NCBI GenBank assembly: GCA_963792415.1 | Contig: CAWBVY010000009.1 | Span: forward strand, 64,001 to 128,000 | Direction of reading: 5' to 3' | Origin: Candidatus Deferrimicrobiaceae bacterium | Lineage (GTDB): Bacteria; Desulfobacterota; Deferrimicrobia; Deferrimicrobiales; Deferrimicrobiaceae | Length of the DNA: 64,000 bases | Part shown: positions 50,810-59,131 of the stretch, in pieces | Numbering within the stretch: the stretch's first letter is position 1 | Layout of the letters: every line of letters starts with the position of its first letter | The notes under the pieces: generated by a model | What the model saw: only the letters and a program-made list of their open reading frames with translations | Databases searched by the model: none | What the model was told of the DNA's origin: nothing | Position numbers and translations under genes: made by a program

Positions 50810-51982
50810 ATGTCGCCCCGACGGGTCGCAGGCCTGGCCGCGCTGTGCGCGGCCGCTCTCCTCGCCTCCGGCCTCTTCCTGTGGCGCGCCCTGGCTCCGC
50901 GCCCCGCGCCCTCGTCCCCGGCCGCGTCCGTGACCGCCCTGCTCGGAGGGGAAGAGCCGGGCGGCTTCGCCCGCGCAACCGCCCCCCGCGAATTCCGGTT
51001 CCCGGCCGACCACGGCCCGCACCCGGAGTTCCGGCACGAGTGGTGGTACTTCACCGGCAACCTCCGGGCGGCCGGGGGGCGGCGCTTCGGATACCAGCTC
51101 ACCTTCTTCCGCTTCGCACTCTCCCCCCGCCCTTCCGACCGGCGGTCGCGGTGGGCGACGACCCAGGCGTACATGGCACACTTCGCCGTCACCGATGCGC
51201 AGGGAAACCGGTTCCACCACTTCGAGCGGACCGGGCGCGGCGCCCTCGGACTGGCCGGGGCGACCGCGCGCCCGTTCCGGGTATGGCTCGACGACTGGTC
51301 GGCGGAGGGGGGCGAACCCTCCACCCTGCCGGTCCGCTTGCGAGCCGCTGAAGGAGGTGCGGGGCTCGACCTCGTCCTCGACACCACAAGGGCGATCGTG
51401 CCCCAGGGGGACCGGGGGCTCAGCCGAAAAGGCGCCGCCCCGGGGAACGCGTCGCACTACTACTCGATGACCCGGCTCTCTACCCGCGGAACCGTGCGGG
51501 TCGACGGCGTTTCGTTCCCGGTGGAGGGGAATTCCTGGCTGGACCGCGAATGGGGGACCAGCTCCCTGGAGAAGGGGCAGGTGGGATGGGACTGGTTCGC
51601 CCTTCAGCTGTCGGACGGAAGAGACCTGATGTTCTATCGGCTCCGCCGCGAGGACGGCGGGACCGACCCGTTCAGCGCCGGCACGCTGGTCTTACCGGAC
51701 GGCGCTGTCCGGCCCCTTTCCGGCGACGACGTACGGATCGAGACCCTCGGATACTGGAAGAGCCCGGAGAGCGGTTCGCAGTATCCGTCCCGCTGGCGAT
51801 TGGTGCTCCCGTCCGAAGGGCTGGAGCTGGAAGTCGTCCCTCGCATCGCGGACCAGGAACTGCGGACCGCCGTCCGGTACTGGGAAGGGGCGGTCGGGGT
51901 GCGTGGGACGTCCCGCGGGGAACCGGTCGAGGGGGAAGGGTACGTCGAGCTGACGGGGTACGGGGAGACGGCCGGGCGCTGA
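50810..51982 (+). CDS. AttH/CrtC-like lipocalin-fold protein
   Basis: FP.DHGPH, EWWY.TG, W.DREW, GWDWF, YWEG, GY.ELTGY. Confidence 0.88.
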   Translation: MSPRRVAGLAALCAAALLASGLFLWRALAPRPAPSSPAASVTALLGGEEPGGFARATAPREFRFPADHGPHPEFRHEWWYFTGNLRAAGGRRFGYQLTFFRFALSPRPSDRRSRWATTQAYMAHFAVTDAQGNRFHHFERTGRGALGLAGATARPFRVWLDDWSAEGGEPSTLPVRLRAAEGGAGLDLVLDTTRAIVPQGDRGLSRKGAAPGNASHYYSMTRLSTRGTVRVDGVSFPVEGNSWLDREWGTSSLEKGQVGWDWFALQLSDGRDLMFYRLRREDGGTDPFSAGTLVLPDGAVRPLSGDDVRIETLGYWKSPESGSQYPSRWRLVLPSEGLELEVVPRIADQELRTAVRYWEGAVGVRGTSRGEPVEGEGYVELTGYGETAGR

Positions 51983-51987
51983 CCGGA

Positions 51988-52009
51988 CTATCGCCTCGCC
52001 GCAACCCGT
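51988..52009 (+). repeat. orphan copy of PEP-utiliser 3' end; partner 53391-53412
   Basis: CTATCGCCTCGCCGCAACC identical for 19 bp, 21/22 overall. Confidence 0.7.
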
Positions 52010-52055
52010 CGGGATCTTGGGAATCCAATGGAAGGGATCTCCTTCGGAAAGGGTA

Positions 52056-52646
52056 GTGAACCGCGTGAAACCGTTGATTGCCGCCGCGGCCGGGTGGACC
52101 CTGGGGATGCTGGTCACGGCTTGCGGGCCGTCATTGCCGCCCCTGGAGACCGTTCCGCGAGTCGATATCCCCCGCTTCATGGGGGACTGGTACGTGATCG
52201 CCAACATCCCGACGTGGATCGAGGAGGGGGCGCACAACGCCGTCGAGTCGTACCGACTGGACGCGGACGGGACGATCGTGACGACGTTCACCTTCCGCAA
52301 GGGAGGGTTTGACGGCCCCGTGAAAACGTACAACCCCAGGGGCTTCGTCCTCGATCCCGCTTCCAATGCCACGTGGGGAATGCAATTCCTGTGGCCGTTC
52401 AAGGCCGAGTACCTGATCATCTACCTCAACGAGGATTACACCCAGACCGTCATCGGGCGGAGCAAGCGCGACTACGTCTGGATCATGGCCCGGACCCCCG
52501 ATATGGGGGAGGTGGACTACCGGCGGATCACGGACTGGCTGGGCACCCTTGGCTACGACACCGGCCGGCTCCGCCGGATCCCGCAGCGCTGGCCGGATTC
52601 ACCGAAAGACCCGGCCTCGGGGCCGTTGGAAGGGTCGGGCAGGTGA
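52056..52646 (+). CDS. blc: bacterial lipocalin lipoprotein (Blc-like)
   Basis: Lipobox-like VTAC; VD..RFMG.WY.IA; Y.WIMARTP. Confidence 0.85.
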   Translation: MNRVKPLIAAAAGWTLGMLVTACGPSLPPLETVPRVDIPRFMGDWYVIANIPTWIEEGAHNAVESYRLDADGTIVTTFTFRKGGFDGPVKTYNPRGFVLDPASNATWGMQFLWPFKAEYLIIYLNEDYTQTVIGRSKRDYVWIMARTPDMGEVDYRRITDWLGTLGYDTGRLRRIPQRWPDSPKDPASGPLEGSGR

Positions 52647-52666
52647 CGATTGGTGCAACCGGGGGA

Positions 52667-53326
52667 ATGTGCGTGGAGAACGGCCGGATACGATTTCGTC
52701 CTACCCGCGGGAGGATCGGGAAAACGTTTCTACCCGTCCTGGTAATTGCCGCGTTTTTCCTTGGGGGGTGCGCCACGGTGCCCGAGCCGTCCCACAAAGT
52801 CTTGTCGAGGAACGACGGCTACGAGGTGCGGGAGTATTCCGGGTATCTTGTGGCCGAAACCACCGTGTCGGGGCCGTGGAAGGAGTCCCTCAACGAAGGG
52901 TTCCGCCGCCTTTTCTCCTACATTTCAGGGAACAACGAGGGCCGTGCCAAGGTGGCGATGACCGCTCCCGTCCTCTCCGGCGAGCCGGAGAAGATCGCGA
53001 TGACGGCACCTGTGCTCCAGGAGACGGGGACCGGCGACCTGCAGGTCGTCTCCTTCATCGCCCCGTCCTCCTACACGTTGGAAACGATCCCGGTGCCCAA
53101 GGACCCGCGGATCCGAATCCGGCAGGTCCCACCCTTCATCGCGGCGGTCCTCCGTTACGGCGGCTGGACCGATCCGGAAACGATCGAAAGGAAAACCGGA
53201 GAGCTTCGATCCATGCTCTCCCGGGATGGGAAAACCCCGGTCCCGCCGTTCCTTTCCGCTCAATACAACCCGCCGTGGACGATTCCCCCGTTCCGGCGCA
53301 ACGAGATCATCGTCAGGATCCGTTGA
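52667..53326 (+). CDS. SOUL heme-binding lipoprotein
   Basis: LGGC lipobox; YEVR.Y, F.RLF.YI.G.N, MTAPV, YNPPW..P..RRNE; start approximate. Confidence 0.88.
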   Translation: MCVENGRIRFRPTRGRIGKTFLPVLVIAAFFLGGCATVPEPSHKVLSRNDGYEVREYSGYLVAETTVSGPWKESLNEGFRRLFSYISGNNEGRAKVAMTAPVLSGEPEKIAMTAPVLQETGTGDLQVVSFIAPSSYTLETIPVPKDPRIRIRQVPPFIAAVLRYGGWTDPETIERKTGELRSMLSRDGKTPVPPFLSAQYNPPWTIPPFRRNEIIVRIR

Positions 53327-53390
53327 CCTCCGGAACCTTTCCCGCGATCCACCCATCGGTTCAAGGAAAAAGGACGGGCCCGGATCGGGC

Positions 53391-55595
53391 CTATCGCCTC
53401 GCCGCAACCGGTATGTCGCAAGACGCCTCATGCCCCAGGCGGGTGACGATCCCCAGGTAGCCGTCCACCGACACCGTGTCGCCGGTCCGGATCCGGTGAA
53501 CGGCGTCGGGAACCCCGGTGACGCAGGGGATCCCGTACTCCCTTGCGATGATCGCACCGTGGATCAGCATCCCGCCCCGCCGCTCGACGACCGCGCTTGC
53601 CAGGGGAATCGCGAACGTCATGTTCGGATCCACCGCGTCGCAGACCAGGACCTCTCCGGCCCGCAGGGAAAAGAGGTCGGCGGTCTTGTGAACGACCCGG
53701 GCGGGACCCCGGGCGTACCCCGGCCCCGCGGGGTGGCCCACGAGTTGCCTGTCCCGTTGGAGAAAGGACGGAGTCTCCATCACGGGAGGAATATCATCGC
53801 CGGGGGGAGCCGACGGTTCGTTGAGCGTCTCGATCGTATCCCCCGGCCCGTTTCGGACGACCCCATCCCAGGATCCGCCGGAAGCCCTTTGCCGCCGCTC
53901 CTCGACCGCACGTGCCAGAGCGGAGTGCAGCCGGCCAAGGCAGATGTTGTCGTCGTCCCGGAGCCGATAACAGTCCCGGGCCAGTTCGAGGAGATCCGCC
54001 GCGAAGTTCCGGGCCTCGCCGTCGAACCGGGAGAGAAACCGTTCGCGCCGCGCCGCGTCGTCCTCGGCGCTTCCCCTGGATGCCCCGGGCGGACGACGGG
54101 ACATCTCAAGGAGGATGGAAAGGACCCCTCTCCGACCGGCCTCGCTCCCTGCGGAGCCGAAGAAGTCGCCATATTCCAGGAACAAGTGCCCGACCCGGGT
54201 CTCGAAATCCGTGTCGCCTCTCCCGTCGGTGCCGACGCGTTCCGCAAGATTCCGTTCGGTGCGCAGGCGCTCCGCAAGCTCGCCCAGCAGGGCATTCCGC
54301 TCGAGAGAGAGCATTCCGGTCCCGGAGAGGAGCAGGGTGAATTCGAAGGGATCCTCGGGAGCGACCGCGTCGTTGTAGAACTGGCCGAAGAGCCGAATGC
54401 CGTGCGCCAGGGGGATGAACTCGCTCTTGTAGATCCCCTCCCATTTCTTCACCACCCCCTCGCGGCGCCGGATCTCCTCCGCCAGCTCCCCGTCGGCGAG
54501 GGCCGGAAGGTCGACTGAGGCCAGCTCCTCGGCCTCGCGACCCATCGCGGGAAGGAGTTCCGCCTCGACCCGGGCCCGGAGGTTTTTCAGGTTGCCGAAG
54601 CTGCGCTTGAGGCTCAGGTACCAGGACCTGTTGTCGCTGCCGTCCGGCGTCGCCCGGGTCGTGACGGGGCGGGACTGGAGGACGTGAAGCACACCGCATG
54701 CGATGCACCACTCCACATCCTGGGGGGAGCCGAAGAACTCCTCCGCCGCAAGGGCCAGGCGGAACACGTCGCACGCTTCGTCATCCGAGATGGGAGGCCG
54801 GCCCGACAGATTCGGTGGAAGGTCCGACAGAGCGGTCCCGGCAGGTCCGGGTACGACCCGTTTTTCCCGGACCGGGGCATGATGGTCGACCACCCTCCCC
54901 GTGCTCCGGTGGAGTGTCCACCGGTCCGGCTCCACCGTGCCGTCCACCAGACCTTCGTTCAGCCCCCAGACCGACTCCACGACGGCCGCGGCCGGGTCGA
55001 ACGGACTCATCCCGAACACGACCCCCGACCGCTCCGCGGGGACCATCTCCTGGACGAGGACCGCCATTTCGCTTCCGGCCGGCGTCAGCCCCAGCTCTTT
55101 CCGATACAGCAGCGCCCGGTCCGACCAGAGGGAAGCGAAGACCCGTCGCACGCTGTCCAGCACGGCGTCCGGACCCTTGACGTTCAGAAACGATTCGTGC
55201 AATCCCGCAAACGAGGCCTTCACCCCGTCCTCCCCCGGGGCCGAGGAACGCACCGCCACCGGACGGTCTCCGAACACCGACCGGATCCCCTCCCGCAGCG
55301 CTGCTCCCTGTTCGATCGGCCACGCGGTCCGGTCAAACAGCGTGCGGATCCGAAGCGCCGCGTCCCAGATCTCCTCCCACCGCATGTCCTCGAACCGCTT
55401 GCGCCCAAGTTCCCGTGCGATCGCCCCGCGCAAGCCGCCCGAATCGACGAATCGGGAGTACGCTTCGGTCGTCACGCAAAGGGCCTGCGGTATGTTGAAT
55501 CCGGCCATTCCGAGACGCGCCAGCGCCAGGGCCTTGCCGCCGACAAGGGTGCGTTCCTCCACCACCGTCCGGTCGATGGGAAGAAGATCCCTCAT
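53391..55595 (-). CDS. PEP/pyruvate-binding (ATP-grasp) plus PEP-utiliser His-domain protein (Rph-like architecture)
   Basis: GGKA..L, VRSSA..ED...SFAG, DVEW, LQSRPVT, GG.L.HGAIIAREYGIP. Confidence 0.85.
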   Translation of the reverse strand: MRDLLPIDRTVVEERTLVGGKALALARLGMAGFNIPQALCVTTEAYSRFVDSGGLRGAIARELGRKRFEDMRWEEIWDAALRIRTLFDRTAWPIEQGAALREGIRSVFGDRPVAVRSSAPGEDGVKASFAGLHESFLNVKGPDAVLDSVRRVFASLWSDRALLYRKELGLTPAGSEMAVLVQEMVPAERSGVVFGMSPFDPAAAVVESVWGLNEGLVDGTVEPDRWTLHRSTGRVVDHHAPVREKRVVPGPAGTALSDLPPNLSGRPPISDDEACDVFRLALAAEEFFGSPQDVEWCIACGVLHVLQSRPVTTRATPDGSDNRSWYLSLKRSFGNLKNLRARVEAELLPAMGREAEELASVDLPALADGELAEEIRRREGVVKKWEGIYKSEFIPLAHGIRLFGQFYNDAVAPEDPFEFTLLLSGTGMLSLERNALLGELAERLRTERNLAERVGTDGRGDTDFETRVGHLFLEYGDFFGSAGSEAGRRGVLSILLEMSRRPPGASRGSAEDDAARRERFLSRFDGEARNFAADLLELARDCYRLRDDDNICLGRLHSALARAVEERRQRASGGSWDGVVRNGPGDTIETLNEPSAPPGDDIPPVMETPSFLQRDRQLVGHPAGPGYARGPARVVHKTADLFSLRAGEVLVCDAVDPNMTFAIPLASAVVERRGGMLIHGAIIAREYGIPCVTGVPDAVHRIRTGDTVSVDGYLGIVTRLGHEASCDIPVAARR

Positions 55596-56044
55596 CGGCG
55601 GACGTGGAGTTCCGAAACGGACTGGAAACGGGTGACGACGTAGTAGGCTTCCACTTCGACACGGAAGATGGCGCAGTTCGGCGATCGGGCGAATGACGAA
55701 AGATAAGGATGTTTCCCGAGGAACAAGGTGAGACAGGCCTCCCTCTCCTCCCCTGTTGCCTCACGGGCATTCCCCAGGATGGTTGCCGCGGCGGCCTCGG
55801 CGAAGTCCTCCTCGCGGTTTCCCCGGTTGTCCACGAGGAGGGATACTCGCGCGTTTTCGGAAAGGTTCGAGAATTTCCGGGTGGGGCGGGGGGTGGCGAA
55901 AACCAGGGCCTTCAGATCCGGTGCCGCGGCGAATGCGATCAGGCTCGAGTAGGGATTCCCCTGGGCCTCCGTCGCGAGGACCGCCAGTCGTTGCGAGGAC
56001 AGAAGTTCCTTGACGATCCGCTCCAACGCATGTGCGTCCTCCAT
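55592..56044 (-). CDS. pyridoxamine 5'-phosphate oxidase-family protein
   Basis: LAT, PY.SL, T...TRK..NL..N..VSL; ATGA overlap with PEP-utiliser. Confidence 0.85.
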   Translation of the reverse strand: MEDAHALERIVKELLSSQRLAVLATEAQGNPYSSLIAFAAAPDLKALVFATPRPTRKFSNLSENARVSLLVDNRGNREEDFAEAAAATILGNAREATGEEREACLTLFLGKHPYLSSFARSPNCAIFRVEVEAYYVVTRFQSVSELHVRR

Positions 56045-56081
56045 CCCGCCCCCCTTGTCGTTTCCGTCGTGCGTCCCCGGA

Positions 56082-56576
56082 CTAAGGACGTTTCTTCTCC
56101 ATTTCGTCGAGTTTCTTCAGCAACTCCTTGTTCTTCGGGACTCCGCGCACGGCGTATCGGACGATCCCCGTCCTGTCGATGATGAAAGTGATGCGATCCT
56201 GTCCCCCGTAAAGGTTCATGACCCTGCCCTCCGGATCCGCGATCAACGGATACCTGATCCCGTATTTTTTCGCGAACTCCTTGTGGGTACCGATGGTGTC
56301 GCTGCTGACGCCCAGGACCTGGGCGTTGCGCCTTTCGAATTTGGCGAGGTCCGCCTGAAAGGCCTGCATTTCCCCCGTTCAAACGGGGGAAAAGTCCGCG
56401 TAGTAGATCGCCAGGACGACATTCCTCTGCCCGAGGAAATCCGACAGACGCACGGTTCCCGTCGTGGATTCGGCCTCGAACGACGGGGCGTTCGCTCCAG
56501 CTTCCGGGGCCGCTGCCCAAAGGGGTTGGGCGAACAGGACGGCGAAAAACAGCGCCAGGATCGTCTTAGGGTTCAT
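56082..56576 (-). CDS. secreted peroxiredoxin (AhpC/TSA, BCP-like), probable selenoprotein with UGA at 56381-56379
   Basis: Two in-frame ORFs joined as YADFSPV-UGA-TGEMQAF, with UGA at the peroxidatic Cys position; VLGVS.D, R.TFIID follow. Confidence 0.85.
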
Positions 56577-56703
56577 CCTTCATCCTCCTTTCCGCTCGCA
56601 TGGTTATAAGAGATGCCCAGGTCGGCAAAGGTTCCGGCCCCCGGCGCTGGCCGGAATCCCGGAACTACGATGTGGGGGTCCCCCCACGGCTGGTGAAACC
56701 GGG

Positions 56704-57174
56704 TTACCGTCGGAACGCTTCGTACGCGACGACCAGGACCGTACCTTCCAGAAGGACCAGAAGGTTGACGCCCATCGAGATCCCGTGGAGTCGGGAAAAT
56801 TCCTTGCGGGCGGGACCCCCGGGGGGGGCGGTCTCGAAGGAAGGCGCCGATCGCTTCACCTGCTCCATTCGCGGCACGAGCCCGAACGCCTGGTAGCCGG
56901 TCAAAAGAATCGCCGTCGCGATCAGGAGGGTCCCGACCCATTGACGCGCGCCGTGGAACGCCTCCCCGGCGGCGATGCGGGCCAGCAGGGCGAGGGCGGC
57001 GAGCACGAGCCCGTAGCGGAAATATACGGGGAAGATCGACCCCACGACCTTTCCCGCGGCGTCCCTCCCCTGCGTGCGGAAGATCACCGGGGTCACGACG
57101 AACGTGAACAGCGCGATTCCCCCCACCCATAGGGAGAGGGCAAGCCGGCACACGGCGGAAGCGAGGATCATCAC
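56704..57174 (-). CDS. DUF4149/TMEM205-like membrane protein
   Basis: W.GG, P.IF, AG.....FP.YF, F..LH..S...N. Confidence 0.8.
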   Translation of the reverse strand: MMILASAVCRLALSLWVGGIALFTFVVTPVIFRTQGRDAAGKVVGSIFPVYFRYGLVLAALALLARIAAGEAFHGARQWVGTLLIATAILLTGYQAFGLVPRMEQVKRSAPSFETAPPGGPARKEFSRLHGISMGVNLLVLLEGTVLVVAYEAFRR

Positions 57175-57224
57175 CGCAAGGCCTCCTTATTCGTCAAGGT
57201 GCCTGTACGATGTATCCGGGAGGC

Positions 57225-57296
57225 GCCCCGGTTCACGCCGCATTTCCGGATACAATCCTCAATAGCGCCTTCGCGCGGAGAGGAGGATGCGATGTC
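57225..57296 (+). repeat. direct repeat, right copy; upstream region, RBS and start of thioesterase
   Basis: Contains TACAAT, GGAGAGGAGG and ATG 57292. Confidence 0.9.
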
Positions 57297-57765
57297 TGAG
57301 GATTCGAAGCCGGTATCGGCAACCCGCCTGGTGATGGCGCAGGAGATGACGCCCCAGGACGCGAACCCCGCGGGGAACGTCCACGGGGGGAATATCATGA
57401 AGATGGCCGACTCGGCCGCCGGGGTGGTGTCGATCCGCCACTCCGGGCGGAACTGCGTCACCGCCGTCGTCGACCGGTTCATGTTCCACGCTCCCGTCTT
57501 CGTCGGAAACCTCGTGCTCGTTTTCGCCTCGCTGAACTATGTCGGGCGCACCTCCATGGAGGTGGGGGTCCGCGTGGAAGCGGAAGATCCGCGCACGGGG
57601 AAGCGGATCCACACGAACTCGTCCTATTTCGTCATGGTCGCCCTGGACGATTCGGGGCGTCCGGCCGAGGTCCCGCAGCTCATCCTCGAGACGGACGAGG
57701 ACCGCCGCCGGAACAAGGAGGCCCGGCAGCGGGCGAGCGACCGGCAGCTGCGAAAGAAAAAGTAG
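57292..57765 (+). CDS. hotdog acyl-CoA thioesterase (YciA-like)
   Basis: P.DAN..GNVHGG, CVT, GRTSMEVGV, F.MVALD..G.P. Confidence 0.92.
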   Translation: MSEDSKPVSATRLVMAQEMTPQDANPAGNVHGGNIMKMADSAAGVVSIRHSGRNCVTAVVDRFMFHAPVFVGNLVLVFASLNYVGRTSMEVGVRVEAEDPRTGKRIHTNSSYFVMVALDDSGRPAEVPQLILETDEDRRRNKEARQRASDRQLRKKK

Positions 57766-57778
57766 TGCGGGCGGAAGG

Positions 57779-58036
57779 ATGACAACCGATCAAGGGAGGC
57801 GGCCCGGATCGCGGCTGCTGCTGGGGATCGCGCTCTTCGCCGGGACCCTCGCGGCGATGTGGGGAGGGGCGCTTCTCGCGGATTTCGCGCTGGACCTTCT
57901 GGGCATCGCCTCGCCGCCGGTCCGGCTCGGGGTAAAGGTGATCGCCATGGCGGCCGCGCTGCCGGCCGGGTTCTACCTCGTCGAACGCGCGTTCCTCGCC
58001 CGGTCCTCCGCTACCCGGAAAACACCTGGGCCTTGA
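57779..58036 (+). CDS. hypothetical 2-TM protein
   Basis: Two hydrophobic segments directly after the thioesterase. Confidence 0.5.
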   Translation: MTTDQGRRPGSRLLLGIALFAGTLAAMWGGALLADFALDLLGIASPPVRLGVKVIAMAAALPAGFYLVERAFLARSSATRKTPGP

Positions 58037-59075
58037 CGCGGGTCATCACCATCTCGAACACCTCGCCCGCGTAGGCGTGGATGTTGCGGCGCATCTCGAT
58101 CAGGTACCGCTCGATCTCGGGCCACTCCTTCCGGATCGCCGTTCTCTGCGCGGCATAGGCCGCCTCGTACTCCTGCCGCATCTTGTCGTGCAGCCGCACC
58201 CGCCTCGACGGGTCGTCCGGGTACGCCTTCTTCGGGAGGAACTCGTAGATCGGCTCGAAGATCCGGACGTCGGTCTCCTCCAGGTGGAACAGCTCGATGT
58301 TGTCGATCATCACCACGTCCTTCTTCGGGGTGGCAACGTAGTGCCCGTAGCGCAGCGCCGTTCCGATGCAGTCCCCCAGGGCGTCCTGCCGGGCCGCGCC
58401 CGCGACCCACCAAACGCCGTCGCGGTTGATCCGGGCGAGGGTCACCGAATCGTCGTGGTATATGTTGATCCCCTCCTCCTTCGGCTTCAGGAGCACCTCC
58501 TCGCCCTGCGGTGTCACGTGGTAGACGGTCGGGAGGGCGGGCAGCCCCACCAGCTTCGGCAGGCCGCTGTAGATGTGCTCTCCCATGCACCCGAACCGGG
58601 AGAGGTAGATGTCGCGTTCCTTCCCTTCCGGCGTCCGCACCGTGAAGAGCGTGTCCTTGTGGACCTTCTCGATCAGCAGGACCTCGGTGACCTCGAAGTC
58701 GCGGTGCTGCTCCCCCGTCATCGCGTGGAGCAGCGTCAAGATCGCCTTTTTCAGCCCCGTCGCCTTGAACTTGGAGGTGAAGATCTTCACCCGCGCCTGG
58801 GCCGGCATCATCCGGATCGCGCCGCGCACCCAGTTGACGTAGGAGTGGGAAATGCTGATCGGGAGCATGTCGGTGCTGGTCGGGTCGAGGAGTTCGTCGA
58901 TCTTCGCTTCCCAGAGCGGGATGTGCATGCCGAGGAACTCCTGCGGGTTCTCGACCCCGAGGGCCCTGAGGATCTTCTCCCTGTCCTCGGTCTTCCGCTC
59001 GGCGGCGGGCGTCTGGAAGTAGCGGTTCAGGGTCCGCTCGTACTTCTGCAGGGCGGAGTGGGAAGAAGACATCAT
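58011..59075 (-). CDS. hypothetical protein, HipA/PI3K-like kinase fold with degenerate catalytic motifs
   Basis: GC3-rich 354-aa ORF with RBS; E...S.L..L.GLP, D.IG..LRY.HY, VMIDN..LF spacing. Confidence 0.6.
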   Translation of the reverse strand: MMSSSHSALQKYERTLNRYFQTPAAERKTEDREKILRALGVENPQEFLGMHIPLWEAKIDELLDPTSTDMLPISISHSYVNWVRGAIRMMPAQARVKIFTSKFKATGLKKAILTLLHAMTGEQHRDFEVTEVLLIEKVHKDTLFTVRTPEGKERDIYLSRFGCMGEHIYSGLPKLVGLPALPTVYHVTPQGEEVLLKPKEEGINIYHDDSVTLARINRDGVWWVAGAARQDALGDCIGTALRYGHYVATPKKDVVMIDNIELFHLEETDVRIFEPIYEFLPKKAYPDDPSRRVRLHDKMRQEYEAAYAAQRTAIRKEWPEIERYLIEMRRNIHAYAGEVFEMVMTRVKAQVFSG

Positions 59076-59131
59076 TGCCCTCCCGGCCGTTGGAGTGGGA
59101 ACCTCCTGATCTTATCACCGGCGGCGACTTG

